Positions 39,984 to 49,713 are shown, counted from the stretch's first letter. The stretch: 64,000 nt of DNA from Armatimonadota bacterium (GCA_963677485.1 OY781964.1:4160001-4224000); one strand, 5' to 3'. Made by a program: numbers and translations. Notes: a model not told the origin generated them from the letters alone.

Positions 39984-40613
39984 TCATACAGATGAGAGCC
40001 ATCGTTCACTGCCGATGGTTGAGCTCTGTCCGTGTCCGGGATAGAATATCGTAGATGGTGCGATTTTGCTCAGTAGCCTGAGACTTTTCACAATCATGCT
40101 GTCATCACCACCCGCGTAGTCCGTACGTCCCCACGTTCCAGCGAACAGGGTATCACCTGTGAACAGCCGATTTTCTGATGCACCATATACACATATACCA
40201 CCTGGCGTATGCCCGGGAGTCTGTATTATCTGTAAATCTGTGGATCCGACAGATATTATCTGTGCATCCTGCAATATGTGATCAGGCTTGAAGCTCTCCA
40301 CTTCGACACCCAGATAGCTAAACGGAATACCCTGGCTCTCAGGATCGGATGCAAACGGCCAGTCGGACTCATGCAGCCATATGTCTGCCCCGAACCGTCG
40401 TTTCAGTATCGGCACATCCATGGTATGATCGAAATGTCCATGGGTGAGTATGACGTGGCTCAGTTGGGCCTGATGTTTTTCCAGCTCGTGAGCAACATCA
40501 TCGCTGATACCGGCTGGAGCGTCGATCAGAATGGCCTCTTTCGTGGGCTCGTCAATGAGAAGATAGCAGTTGGTTTGAAGAAGGAAACTGGTGATAGTGC
40601 GAAGGGTTAACAT
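39984..40613 (-). CDS. MBL-fold metallo-hydrolase (glyoxalase II-like)
   Basis: TNCYL, LTHGHFDH, TPGHTPG, FTGDTLF...GRTD, YPGHG. Start corrected to 40613. Confidence 0.9.
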   Translation of the reverse strand: MLTLRTITSFLLQTNCYLLIDEPTKEAILIDAPAGISDDVAHELEKHQAQLSHVILTHGHFDHTMDVPILKRRFGADIWLHESDWPFASDPESQGIPFSYLGVEVESFKPDHILQDAQIISVGSTDLQIIQTPGHTPGGICVYGASENRLFTGDTLFAGTWGRTDYAGGDDSMIVKSLRLLSKIAPSTIFYPGHGQSSTIGSERWLSSV

Positions 40614-40630
40614 CCAAATCTCCGTAAAAG

Positions 40631-40660
40631 TTGCAAGGACAGGCCTTGCCGGTTTATAAT
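40631..40660 (+). promoter_or_regulatory. Sigma70-type promoter of the rpmH operon
   Basis: TTGCAA-N18-TATAAT. Confidence 0.55.
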
Positions 40661-40747
40661 ACTCCATGTGTACAGTCATCAGTAGTATACTGAATGATTG
40701 ACAGTCGATGTTAATAAATACATCCTCGTATGGAGGACACCTTACGC

Positions 40748-40918
40748 ATGAAACGTCCCTATCAGCCAAATAAGCGACACCGACGAAGATCTCATGGCTT
40801 TCGCGAGCGCATGCAGACTCTAGATGGTCGCAACTTACTGAAACGGCGCCGCCAAAAAGGCCGCGCCTCGTTGACCGTATCTGATACCTGCCGGCATTAC
40901 GGTCACGAAGCCTACTAG
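40748..40918 (+). CDS. rpmH: 50S ribosomal protein L34 with C-terminal extension
   Basis: [33 protein letters not shown]. Confidence 0.95.
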   Translation: MKRPYQPNKRHRRRSHGFRERMQTLDGRNLLKRRRQKGRASLTVSDTCRHYGHEAY

Positions 40919-40933
40919 AATCCGAGGGCACTG

Positions 40934-41269
40934 ATGCTGCCAAGCGAAGAAAGACTTAGAAGTCGTCAGGACTTCCGCTGTTGTTATTCGTCTGGTAAGT
41001 CATTCCCTTCCCGACGGTTGGTGCTGTATGTCCTTCCTAAGGCACAGCACCGGCGGTTTGGATTCAGTGTCAGCAAAAAAGTGGGATCAGCTGTAGAGCG
41101 AAACTTCATCAAGCGGCGTCTGCGGGCGATATGCCGCAGCTTCCGAGAGAACATAGCTCAAGAGTATGACATGGTATTTATCGCTCGAAAACAGGCATTA
41201 ACGGCCAGTTATGAGCAGCTTTCCGCCGACTGTGACACGTTGTTACATCGGGCTGGAGTGATGTTGTAA
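40934..41269 (+). CDS. rnpA: Ribonuclease P protein component
   Basis: RFGFSVSKKVGSAVERNFIKRRLR. Confidence 0.95.
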   Translation: MLPSEERLRSRQDFRCCYSSGKSFPSRRLVLYVLPKAQHRRFGFSVSKKVGSAVERNFIKRRLRAICRSFRENIAQEYDMVFIARKQALTASYEQLSADCDTLLHRAGVML

Positions 41270-41539
41270 ATGAACCGCCTCGGACGTGCGAGCCAAATCC
41301 CAGCGATGAGTATCATCTGGCTTATCCGCCGGGTGTATCAGCCCCTATCACGGCGTACACCGCCGAGTTGTCGTTTTTACCCAACTTGTTCTGAATATGC
41401 CGCACAAGCATTGAGCAGGTATGGGTTATGGCGAGGTACGTTCTTGACCATATATAGAATTGTGCGATGCAACCCGTGGAACCAGGGAGGCATAGACCCC
41501 GTCCCTGAGAAACCAGATTTTGCCCGAAGTAGAAGGTAG
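41270..41539 (+). CDS. yidD: Membrane protein insertion efficiency factor YidD
   Basis: CRFYPTCSEYA..AL..YG...G......RI.RCNPW..GG.DPVP. Confidence 0.95.
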   Translation: MNRLGRASQIPAMSIIWLIRRVYQPLSRRTPPSCRFYPTCSEYAAQALSRYGLWRGTFLTIYRIVRCNPWNQGGIDPVPEKPDFARSRR

Positions 41540-41551
41540 AGGTCGCCGTCT

Positions 41552-43024
41552 TTGAGTATCCGACGTCCCCACATCCTAATTGCCTTGTTTGCCATAGTGC
41601 TGCCGTTACTGGCCGGGTGTAATCCCGCACCGGTCTCTGGCACCATGTTCAGCAAAAACATACAGCCGCTTTCTGCGCTCACACCTGAACAGCGCACTGA
41701 GATCAATAAAGATGCTGTCTCTGCTTTTTGCACATTTAAGGCTGTTGACATCGTAGATCCGCAAAGTGTGACCTTGTTGCTGAAGAACCGTTCCAATGCG
41801 GTAAGCACCTATGTGATGAGCAAGGCATTACCTGCCGATAGTGCAGTGCTGAATGCCTATAAAGCCGGCTCTGAGGTGTCACCTGGCATTCTTCAGGCTG
41901 TGCTTAATGTGCTGAACAATGTTGTTGATGATGCTTCTCTGTATGATGCACGCCGTTTCGCTGAGTTTAAGCTTCCGCAAAAACTGACCGATGCTGCCTC
42001 AGGCAAGCTGACCGGTTTGAACCTGGCGGAGTTCAATGTGACGCTACTCCAATCCGCTTACGTCAAGAGCGTAAAAATGGTGGGAGGTACTCCTGACCGT
42101 TTAGCTCAAGTTGCGACGCTCTTCCATGATGTGTCACTGATGGTGCCGCTCGATTCACCGGGCGCAAAGGCGTTTGATGATCAGGCCAAACTGGCACTAG
42201 ATAGTGCTCGAAAAGCGAAGCTGACGGACAGTGACGCCCAAAAGATTGAAGTGCTGCACCGTGAGGTGTTAGCGCGTATGGATCGGCGCAACCAGACCAA
42301 AATATCGTACAAGGTTCTAGATGCCATCGTGGCCGCGACAGGACGTAACCGAGAATTCAGTTATGCTCTGGCGATGATCCTGCTGGCTGTTTTCGTAAAG
42401 CTCATCACCAATCCGCTGCAAAAGGCCTCCATGCAGGGCATGAAAGAGATGCAGCGCATGCAGCCCGAAGTCGCGAAGCTGAAGGAACGCTTTAAGGGCG
42501 AAGAGCTGAACACCAAAATGATGGAGCTGTATAAAGAGCATAAGGTCAACCCTGCTAAGAGTTGTCTACCTATGGTCATACAGTTTCCTATCATGATCTA
42601 CATCTATAACTCCATCAGGCTTTATGAGTACCAATTCTCAAATGGTAATTTCCTGTGGATACGAGATAGCTCGCTCAGTCAGCAATATCCACATATAGTG
42701 GCCGCAAACCTTGGCATGCATGATGTCGCCTTGCTGGTTCTATACTCGATCTCCATGTTCGTCTCACAGCGACTGACACCAGTGAGTGATCCTGCGCAGG
42801 CTGCACAACAGAAGCAGACCAGCCTCATGATGACTGTGATGATCACATTCATGATGTTTAGCTGGAACTTCCCATCGGCTTTCGTTCTTTACTGGCTGAT
42901 ATTTAACGTGCTGAACATGTGGCAGCAATGGAAATTCCAAAAAGATGCCGAGTTAGAACTTGCCACAACCGGTGCTGCTGTAGTAAATGCGCGGCCCGCA
43001 CCAAAACCGCGCAAGAAGAAGTAG
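41552..43024 (+). CDS. yidC: Membrane protein insertase YidC/Oxa1 with N-terminal lipobox
   Basis: M..MQPE..KLKE.FK, MELYKEHKVNP..CLP..IQFP, F.W, FPSA..LYW..N; LLAGC lipobox. Confidence 0.92.
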   Translation: MSIRRPHILIALFAIVLPLLAGCNPAPVSGTMFSKNIQPLSALTPEQRTEINKDAVSAFCTFKAVDIVDPQSVTLLLKNRSNAVSTYVMSKALPADSAVLNAYKAGSEVSPGILQAVLNVLNNVVDDASLYDARRFAEFKLPQKLTDAASGKLTGLNLAEFNVTLLQSAYVKSVKMVGGTPDRLAQVATLFHDVSLMVPLDSPGAKAFDDQAKLALDSARKAKLTDSDAQKIEVLHREVLARMDRRNQTKISYKVLDAIVAATGRNREFSYALAMILLAVFVKLITNPLQKASMQGMKEMQRMQPEVAKLKERFKGEELNTKMMELYKEHKVNPAKSCLPMVIQFPIMIYIYNSIRLYEYQFSNGNFLWIRDSSLSQQYPHIVAANLGMHDVALLVLYSISMFVSQRLTPVSDPAQAAQQKQTSLMMTVMITFMMFSWNFPSAFVLYWLIFNVLNMWQQWKFQKDAELELATTGAAVVNARPAPKPRKKK

Positions 43025-43067
43025 ACTAGAGATAAGGCAACACAAAGCGACAAGGATGGTATAAGCA

Positions 43068-43751
43068 ATGCAGGAACCAAACAACGAAATAATGGTTGAA
43101 CTACCGGGTAAATGTATCGAGGAAGCGATCGAACTGGCTGTACAAAAGCTGGGTGTCGAGAGTGCTGAGGATCTTGATATAGAGGTAGTTCAAGAGGGTA
43201 CTGCAGGCATCTTGGGAATAGGTGCTGCACCTACCATCATTCGTGCTGTGGTCAAACCCAGTACACCGCCTGAAGAGGTTCCAGAAGACGAAACCGAGCG
43301 CACAGCAGTGGCTGTGTTAAATGGTGCGATGCGGGCTGGCAACTTGAGCGTAAAAGCGATGGTGGTCAGTCATAACGGGCGGTACCTTTACGTCGAACTG
43401 GTGGGTCGTGACGCCTGTGAGTTTGGCGGCACCCAGCTGGAAGCGCTTCAGGAGATCATGAACCTCATCCTGACCCGCAAGTATCACCTTGAAGCCAGAT
43501 GTGTGCTGGATGCCGATGGGTATCGTGAGCGACGCGCGCAGAAGCTGCATAAACTGGCTTTAGAAATTGCTGAAGAAGTGAAGCAAAATCATGGTGAAGC
43601 GGAGCTGGATCCATTGCCTCCATACGAGCGTCGCGTGGTGCATATGGCACTGAAAGAAGATCCGCAGATCGTGACCTACTCCGAAGGTGAAGGCAGCGCA
43701 CGCCATATCGTGATCGCTTATACAGAAGAACCAGTGGAGTCCGAAGACTAA
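43068..43751 (+). CDS. jag: RNA-binding protein Jag/KhpB (KH, R3H)
   Basis: G..IEEAI..A...LG, G.LG.G, LEALQ, YRERR...L, ERRVVH.AL, T.SEGEG..RHIVI. Confidence 0.9.
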   Translation: MQEPNNEIMVELPGKCIEEAIELAVQKLGVESAEDLDIEVVQEGTAGILGIGAAPTIIRAVVKPSTPPEEVPEDETERTAVAVLNGAMRAGNLSVKAMVVSHNGRYLYVELVGRDACEFGGTQLEALQEIMNLILTRKYHLEARCVLDADGYRERRAQKLHKLALEIAEEVKQNHGEAELDPLPPYERRVVHMALKEDPQIVTYSEGEGSARHIVIAYTEEPVESED

Positions 43752-44377
43752 TGTCTTTGAACATCGCAGTGATGGTGAGTGGTGAAGGCCGCGGCAGTAA
43801 TATGTGGGCCTTAGTTGAAGGGTGCCGTTCCGGTGAAATAGATGCTGTGGTCACACTGGTCATCGGTACTCGTAAGAACTCACCTGCGCTGGTTCGCGCT
43901 CAAGAAGCGGGGATTCGAACAGTCGTGGTTTCACCAGCAGGGATAGATGATGATGTCTATGCTCAAAAGCTGCTTCGTCAGCTTGCGAACGCACAGATCG
44001 ACCTGATCTGTCTGGCTGGGTATATGCGCCTGCTGCCGTCCGCGGTGCTGGAGCAGTATCACAACCGGATTACCAATATTCATCCCGCCTTATTGCCTGA
44101 CTTTGGCGGTAAAGGGATGTATGGTGAGCGTGTCCATAAGGCGGTACTGGCAAGCGGCAAGAAGCAGTCGGGATGCACCGTGCATCTTGTTGATGCTGAG
44201 TATGACAGCGGTCCTATACTACTACAGCTCATCGTTCCAGTTCTGCCAGGTGATGACTGGCACAGTCTCGCTGCGCGGGTTTTGGAGCAAGAACATATCG
44301 GCTATGTTCGTGCTGTTTCCAAGTTGGTGAACGAAATTGAAAACAACGGTGCACTGTCGCCGCAAGTTCGGAGTTGA
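43751..44377 (+). CDS. purN: Phosphoribosylglycinamide formyltransferase
   Basis: SG.GRGSN, LAGYMRLL, NIHPALLP.FGG.GMYG, SGCTVHLVD.EYD.GPI. Confidence 0.96.
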   Translation: MSLNIAVMVSGEGRGSNMWALVEGCRSGEIDAVVTLVIGTRKNSPALVRAQEAGIRTVVVSPAGIDDDVYAQKLLRQLANAQIDLICLAGYMRLLPSAVLEQYHNRITNIHPALLPDFGGKGMYGERVHKAVLASGKKQSGCTVHLVDAEYDSGPILLQLIVPVLPGDDWHSLAARVLEQEHIGYVRAVSKLVNEIENNGALSPQVRS

Positions 44378-45243
44378 ACATGGAAGTAAAATCCTACGCA
44401 AAAGTGAACCTGACACTAGATGTCGGCGATCGCAGGTATGACGGGTATCACCGTATCGAATCTGTGTTTTGCGAAATCGGCATCGCTGACCTCATCACAA
44501 TAGAACGCTCACCAAAACTAGGTATTCACCTGTCCAATAATCTGCCGTTTTTGAAGAATGACAACACCAATATCGTCTACCGTGCGGCGGAGGCCTTTCT
44601 ACAGCGTGCCAATATCATGCCCGAACTTAAGATACATCTTGAGAAGTTCATACCCGTGCAGGGTGGAATGGGCGGCGGCAGCGGAAACGCCGCCACTGTG
44701 CTACTTTCACTCAACGAGATGTATGGTCACCCATTTAGCTATGAAGCTCTGGTTGACATGAGCCTTGCACTTGGCTCGGATGTTCCGTACTTCCTGACAG
44801 GTGGTGTGACACGTGTTGCCGGTATCGGCGAGAAGATGCTCGCCTTACCTGACATCACCGGTCTTCATGTGCTCGTAGTGCATCCCGGGGTGGGGATATC
44901 GACCGCCTGGGCATATAAAGAACTCGATAAGGTGCGGCCCAGCGCTGGCGGCTCGATATCACGCACACCGATCCTTGAACAAGCGATGGTAGAAGGCGTA
45001 AACTGGTATAGTATGCTGTCAAACGACTTCGAACAGGCTGTGTTTCCCAGCTATCCGCAGATACAGGGGTTGAAGGAAAGGCTCCTGTCCAATGGTGCCG
45101 CTTGTGCCTTAATGTGCGGCAGCGGAAGTTGCGTTTTTGGTATGTTCCAGAAACGTGAAGATGCCGAACTGCTGGAACAAGCAGTTGCCAGTGTGGGTCT
45201 AAAATGCTGGTTGACGGAACCAATTCCACGGCGTGTTGTATAG
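44374..45243 (+). CDS. ispE: 4-diphosphocytidyl-2C-methyl-D-erythritol kinase
   Basis: AKVNL.LDV..RR.DGYH.IES, K.IP..GGMGGGS.NAA, LGSDVP, NDFE, MCGSGS. Confidence 0.95.
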   Translation: MNMEVKSYAKVNLTLDVGDRRYDGYHRIESVFCEIGIADLITIERSPKLGIHLSNNLPFLKNDNTNIVYRAAEAFLQRANIMPELKIHLEKFIPVQGGMGGGSGNAATVLLSLNEMYGHPFSYEALVDMSLALGSDVPYFLTGGVTRVAGIGEKMLALPDITGLHVLVVHPGVGISTAWAYKELDKVRPSAGGSISRTPILEQAMVEGVNWYSMLSNDFEQAVFPSYPQIQGLKERLLSNGAACALMCGSGSCVFGMFQKREDAELLEQAVASVGLKCWLTEPIPRRVV

Positions 45244-45319
45244 TCTTGCATCAGCCGCGTATCGTTGCGTATGACCCGGTGCCGTCAGGCCTCACAGAAT
45301 GAACTTTCTGAGGCGTCAT

Positions 45320-45349
45320 TTGACAGACGGTATCGAAATCCGGTAAAAT
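45320..45349 (+). promoter_or_regulatory. Sigma70-type promoter of infC
   Basis: TTGACA-N18-TAAAAT. Confidence 0.6.
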
Positions 45350-45397
45350 ATCATGCACCCTTATGGGTGAATCATAACAAATTTGAGGTAACCTGTC

Positions 45398-45910
45398 ATC
45401 AGAACTGATCTGCGTTTGAATGATCGTATCCGCGCTCGAGAGATTCGTGTAGTGGATGCAGAGGGCAACCAACTCGGGATAATGACACCGAACCAAGCTC
45501 TACAGATGGCGCGCGAGCGCGGTCTCGACTTGATAGAGGTCGCCCCACAAGCAGCCCCTCCAGTTTGTCGTATTATTGACTACGGTAAGTATAAATACGA
45601 ACAAGCCAAGAAGGACAAAGATGCTGCTAAGCAGAGTAAGGTTGCTGACTTGAAAGCGATTCGTGTTCGCCCGGGAACTGATGATCACGACATCGACTTC
45701 AAGATAAAAAATGCAATTAAGTTCCTTGCTGATGGTGATAAAGTTAAGGTTACAGTGATGTTTCGGAGCAGGGAAATCACCCGGCCAGAATACGGCCAAA
45801 AAGCTCTGAAACTGTTCATCGACGCCACGGCTGAGGTTGCCGTCGTCGAGCGTCCCCCCTTAATGGAGGGCCGTATGATGTCAATGGTCTTGAGCCCGAA
45901 GCCCAAGTAA
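45398..45910 (+). CDS. infC: Translation initiation factor IF-3 (non-canonical ATC start)
   Basis: N.RIRA.EIRVV, GLDL.EVAP.A.PPVCRI.DYGKYKYE, D.HD..K, GDKVKV.V.FR.RE; GAGGT RBS 8 nt before the in-frame ATC at 45398. Confidence 0.95.
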   Translation: MRTDLRLNDRIRAREIRVVDAEGNQLGIMTPNQALQMARERGLDLIEVAPQAAPPVCRIIDYGKYKYEQAKKDKDAAKQSKVADLKAIRVRPGTDDHDIDFKIKNAIKFLADGDKVKVTVMFRSREITRPEYGQKALKLFIDATAEVAVVERPPLMEGRMMSMVLSPKPK

Positions 45911-46011
45911 ACAATCTGTTTTCTGGCGTTCGGTAGGGCCGTATACTGCGTTACGATGGGGGGCCGATAAGCCCCCTGTTTTTTCGCGACTCTAGCAAAG
46001 GAGTATAGACC

Positions 46012-46212
46012 ATGGGAAATGGGAAAATGAAAACCTGTAAGACCGCTGCGAAACGCTTCAAGATCAGCGGTACCGGAAAACTGATTTGCTGTAATGCCAG
46101 CAACAGCCATATGTTTAGTGCCAAGAGCCCCGGTAGGAAGCGTCGCCTCGACGTGGACAAAGAGTGCGATCACGGCAACCGCAAGCGCATGAAACGACTA
46201 CTGGGTAGATAG
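46012..46212 (+). CDS. rpmI: 50S ribosomal protein L35
   Basis: KMKT.K.AAKRFK.SGTGK....A..SH...KS..RKRRL; lies between infC and rplT. Confidence 0.93.
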   Translation: MGNGKMKTCKTAAKRFKISGTGKLICCNASNSHMFSAKSPGRKRRLDVDKECDHGNRKRMKRLLGR

Positions 46213-46250
46213 TAACCCTCGAATTGATACCTTAAGGAGGTTAGCAAAAA

Positions 46251-46622
46251 ATGGCACGTGTAAAACGCGGAATGATGACCCATAAGCGGCATAAGAAAAT
46301 TCTTAATATGGCCGAGGGTTATTTCCTTAAGAAGCGTAACGTCTTTACCGAAGCTATTCAGCAGGTCATGAAGAGTGGGCAGTATGCCTACAACGACCGC
46401 CGCAAGAGAACTGGCCAGTTCCGCAGACTGTGGATCACCCGTATCTCTGCAGCATGTCGTGCTGAAGGCATCACCTATAGCCGCTTCATCGAAGGCCTGA
46501 CTAAGGCCGGTGTGCAAGTAGACCGCAAGATGCTGAGTAATATGGCGATCGAACAGCCACAAGATTTCAGCAAGATTGTGGAAATCGCGAAGCAGCACTG
46601 CACCCTGGTGACCGCAGGGTAA
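46251..46622 (+). CDS. rplT: 50S ribosomal protein L20
   Basis: MARVKRG...RHKKIL..A.GY, YAY.DRR....FR.LWI.RI.AA.R, YSRFI.GL, DRKML. Confidence 0.97.
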   Translation: MARVKRGMMTHKRHKKILNMAEGYFLKKRNVFTEAIQQVMKSGQYAYNDRRKRTGQFRRLWITRISAACRAEGITYSRFIEGLTKAGVQVDRKMLSNMAIEQPQDFSKIVEIAKQHCTLVTAG

Positions 46623-46624
46623 CT

Positions 46625-47614
46625 ATGAAAGAGAAGCTACAGGCTCTGGTGGAGCAGTCGATGCTTAGCATCCGCGACGCGCAAACCACACAGACGCTTG
46701 ATGCACTCGAAACGCAAGTACTAGGCCGGAAGGGAGAACTGACCGGCCTGTTGCGCATGATGGGTGGGCTATCCGCCGATGAAAAACCCGTCATGGGCCA
46801 ATTGCTGAACGAGGCAAAAGCCAGCATACAGGACGCCTTGAACCTTCGTAAAGAAGCCCTGATGATGCAGGAAAAAAGCGCAAAGCTGGAATCAGAGCAA
46901 ATCGACATTACGCTCCCATCACGCATTCAAAGAATCGGACACAAACACCCCGTTAGTTTCACTCAAGAGACCGTGAAAGACGCCCTCATAGGTTTAGGGT
47001 TTGAATTCATGGACGCCCCTGAGCTGGAAGACTACAAATACAATTTTGCAGCCCTCAACTATCCCGAGAACCATCCCGCTATGGATGAACAGATGTCGTT
47101 CTATGTCACTGACAGGCATCTGCTGCGAACACAGACCACCGCGCTTCAGGGTAGAACGCTTACTCTGAAGAAGCCGCCGTTCCGGTATGCCATCACAGGC
47201 CGCTGTTTCCGTAATGAAACGGTGGATGCCACGCACCACCACTCCTTCCATCAGATTGATGTGTACATGGTGGACAAAGGTGTGAGCATGGCGGACCTTA
47301 AGGGCACACTCGCGGCCTTTGCCAGGCGTATGTTTGGATCGGACGTTCAGGTGCGGTTCCGCCCCGACTTCTTCCCGTTTGTGGAGCCTGGAGTGGACTA
47401 CTCCATCTCCTGGAAGGGTGGATGGCTGGAACTTGGCGGTGCTGGACTGATACACCCCAACATCCTGAGAGCACATGGGCTGGATCCGAACGAGTGGAGT
47501 GGTTTCGCATTTGGCTTAGGTATCGAACGCATCCCCATGATCCAGAGGGGTGTTGATGACCTGCGGTTGTTCCTGGAGAACGACCTGCGCTTCCTCAACC
47601 AGTTCGGAGCCTAA
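46625..47614 (+). CDS. pheS: Phenylalanine-tRNA ligase alpha subunit
   Basis: NF.ALN.P..HPA, LLRTQT, DATH...FHQ, RFRP.FFPFVEP, GFAFGLGIER, F.ENDLRFL.QF. Confidence 0.97.
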   Translation: MKEKLQALVEQSMLSIRDAQTTQTLDALETQVLGRKGELTGLLRMMGGLSADEKPVMGQLLNEAKASIQDALNLRKEALMMQEKSAKLESEQIDITLPSRIQRIGHKHPVSFTQETVKDALIGLGFEFMDAPELEDYKYNFAALNYPENHPAMDEQMSFYVTDRHLLRTQTTALQGRTLTLKKPPFRYAITGRCFRNETVDATHHHSFHQIDVYMVDKGVSMADLKGTLAAFARRMFGSDVQVRFRPDFFPFVEPGVDYSISWKGGWLELGGAGLIHPNILRAHGLDPNEWSGFAFGLGIERIPMIQRGVDDLRLFLENDLRFLNQFGA

Positions 47615-47670
47615 CCCTACAATTCGTCGGACGGCATATTGTTGTATGCCGTCCCCACATGAGGTGAATC

Positions 47671-49713
47671 ATGCGACTACCTGTTGAGTGGTTGAAAGAT
47701 TACGTAGATATCGACGCCAACCCCGAGCAGATTTCCGTCACTTTGACTATGGCCGGTCTGGAAGTGGAGACCGTGGAGCAAGAGGGCGACGAAGCGGTGC
47801 TGGATATGAAGGTGACCCCGAACAGGGGTGACTGTCTGTCACTGGTCGGCTCCGCCCGCGAACTGGCCGCCAAACAAGCAACTGCGCTCAAGCATCCCAT
47901 GCCGACCGCTCAGTCGAGTGATCTGGGTGAGTTGGGCACGCGTTGTTCCGTGACCGTCGAAGCATCTGACTTATGCCCCCGGTATGCCGCCCGTATCGTA
48001 GATAACATCAAGATCGGCCAGTCACCGCTATGGATGCAGAAGCGGTTATTCGCGGCTGGTCTGCGCCCCATCAACAACGTGGTGGACGTGACTACCTATG
48101 TTCTGCTGGAGCTGGGTCAGCCGCTTCATGCGTTTGACCTGGCACTGCTGCCAAAAGGTGCCATCGTGGTGCGGCGTGCCAATGAGCAGGAAATGGTCGA
48201 AACGCTTGATGGTGGGAAACATACCCTCAGCAACGACATGCTGGTGATCTGCGACGAAACCCATCCTGTAGCAGTAGCCGGCATCATGGGCGGAGCAGAG
48301 ACCGAGGTGACCTCGGCTACAAAGTTGGTGTTGCTGGAAAGCGCGCATTTCCATCCGGCCAGCGTCCGCCTGACCAGTCAGAAGCTGGGCTTAGCCAGTG
48401 ACTCGAGTTATCGATTTGAGCGCAATGTGGATCATGATGGTGTGGTAGCTGCACTCGACCGTGCCTGTGAACTGCTGGCGCTGATGGGTGCTGGTGAGCC
48501 AGTGCCTGGTGTTCTGGACGTTGATCATCGTGATCAGGCACCCAAGGTTATTTCGATGCGCTGTGACTTCTGCCGACTTCTGCTGGGCACTGATGTCGCC
48601 GATGAAACCCAACAGGACTGCCTGCTTCGTTTGCAAATCCCTTCGGTTCTGACCGATGGTGTGATCACTTCAACCATCCCTAGCTGGCGTGCCGACCTTG
48701 AACAAGAGCATGACCTTATCGAAGAGGTAGGCCGTGTCTACGGCTATGAGAATATCGAGGAGAGCCTGCCTAAAGGGATGACTTGTCAAGGTTCGGACAG
48801 CATCCGCTCCCGACAGTGCAAGCCGATGCGTGAAGCATTACTGCGGTTTGGACTCACCGAATGTGTGTGTCACACGCTGCGTGCACCTGGTGTGCTGGAT
48901 GAGCCTGGTAAGGTGGCACCGAAGGTGCGCCAAGCGGCCAGCCCTGAGTTGAGCACCCTGCGCACCAGCTTGCTGCCAGGCTTGGTGGATGTGATCCGGC
49001 ACAACATGGCCCGTCGGCAGAACGACGCTTTCTTGTTTGAGACGGCCAGTGTGATGCATCAGATTGGTGAGTATGAGTTCGATCAGCCATATAAGCTGGC
49101 TTTTACCTGCGTTGGCCATAGTGTGCCCGCCGGTTGGAACACCAAACCTCAGTTGGCCGACTTCTACACTGCGAAGGCTGTGGTAGAGGCGTTGCTTGAG
49201 AGCGCTGGTGTGGCCAACTGGACGTTGGATACCAAAACCGACTGCCGCTTCCACCCCGGCCGTAGTGCTCGCGTGCTGGCGGATGGTGTGGTTCTGGGGC
49301 AGTTCGGTGAGCTGCATCCTGATGTGTATAGTGCGCTTGATATCAAGCGTGTGCGTATCGTGGGCGGGGAGTTTGACTTCCAGTCACTGGTGGATGCTGG
49401 TGGAGCGAAGATGACTTACAAGCCGATATCCAGGTATCCTGCGGTTTACCGTGACCTGGCCATCCTGGCGCCTACGGAAATGCAATTCCAAACTCTGCTG
49501 GAACTGACCACGCTGCAGGCAGGAGAGAATCTGGACTCCGTGTGGCTGGTGGATGTTTATCAGGGCGAACACGTGCAGCAGGGGATGCGCAGCATGACGC
49601 TGAGCTTGACCTTCCGGCGAACCGACCGCACGCTGGTGGATACCGAAGTCGATGGCTGCATCACGGCTATAGTCGACGCTTTAAGCGGTATTGGGGCCAG
49701 CCTGAGGTCTTAG
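47671..49713 (+). CDS. pheT: Phenylalanine-tRNA ligase beta subunit (short, lacking B2 OB domain)
   Basis: WL.DYV, TPNRGDCLS..G.ARE, RPINNVVD.T.Y..LE.GQP.HAFD, RFER.VD, P.WR.D...DLIEEV.R.YGY, YP.V.RDLA. Confidence 0.95.
   Translation: MRLPVEWLKDYVDIDANPEQISVTLTMAGLEVETVEQEGDEAVLDMKVTPNRGDCLSLVGSARELAAKQATALKHPMPTAQSSDLGELGTRCSVTVEASDLCPRYAARIVDNIKIGQSPLWMQKRLFAAGLRPINNVVDVTTYVLLELGQPLHAFDLALLPKGAIVVRRANEQEMVETLDGGKHTLSNDMLVICDETHPVAVAGIMGGAETEVTSATKLVLLESAHFHPASVRLTSQKLGLASDSSYRFERNVDHDGVVAALDRACELLALMGAGEPVPGVLDVDHRDQAPKVISMRCDFCRLLLGTDVADETQQDCLLRLQIPSVLTDGVITSTIPSWRADLEQEHDLIEEVGRVYGYENIEESLPKGMTCQGSDSIRSRQCKPMREALLRFGLTECVCHTLRAPGVLDEPGKVAPKVRQAASPELSTLRTSLLPGLVDVIRHNMARRQNDAFLFETASVMHQIGEYEFDQPYKLAFTCVGHSVPAGWNTKPQLADFYTAKAVVEALLESAGVANWTLDTKTDCRFHPGRSARVLADGVVLGQFGELHPDVYSALDIKRVRIVGGEFDFQSLVDAGGAKMTYKPISRYPAVYRDLAILAPTEMQFQTLLELTTLQAGENLDSVWLVDVYQGEHVQQGMRSMTLSLTFRRTDRTLVDTEVDGCITAIVDALSGIGASLRS

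Noticed and set aside
40614-40747. oriC next to the rpmH cluster
   Set aside because: No dnaA gene and no TTATCCACA boxes seen; the divergent gene is an MBL hydrolase.
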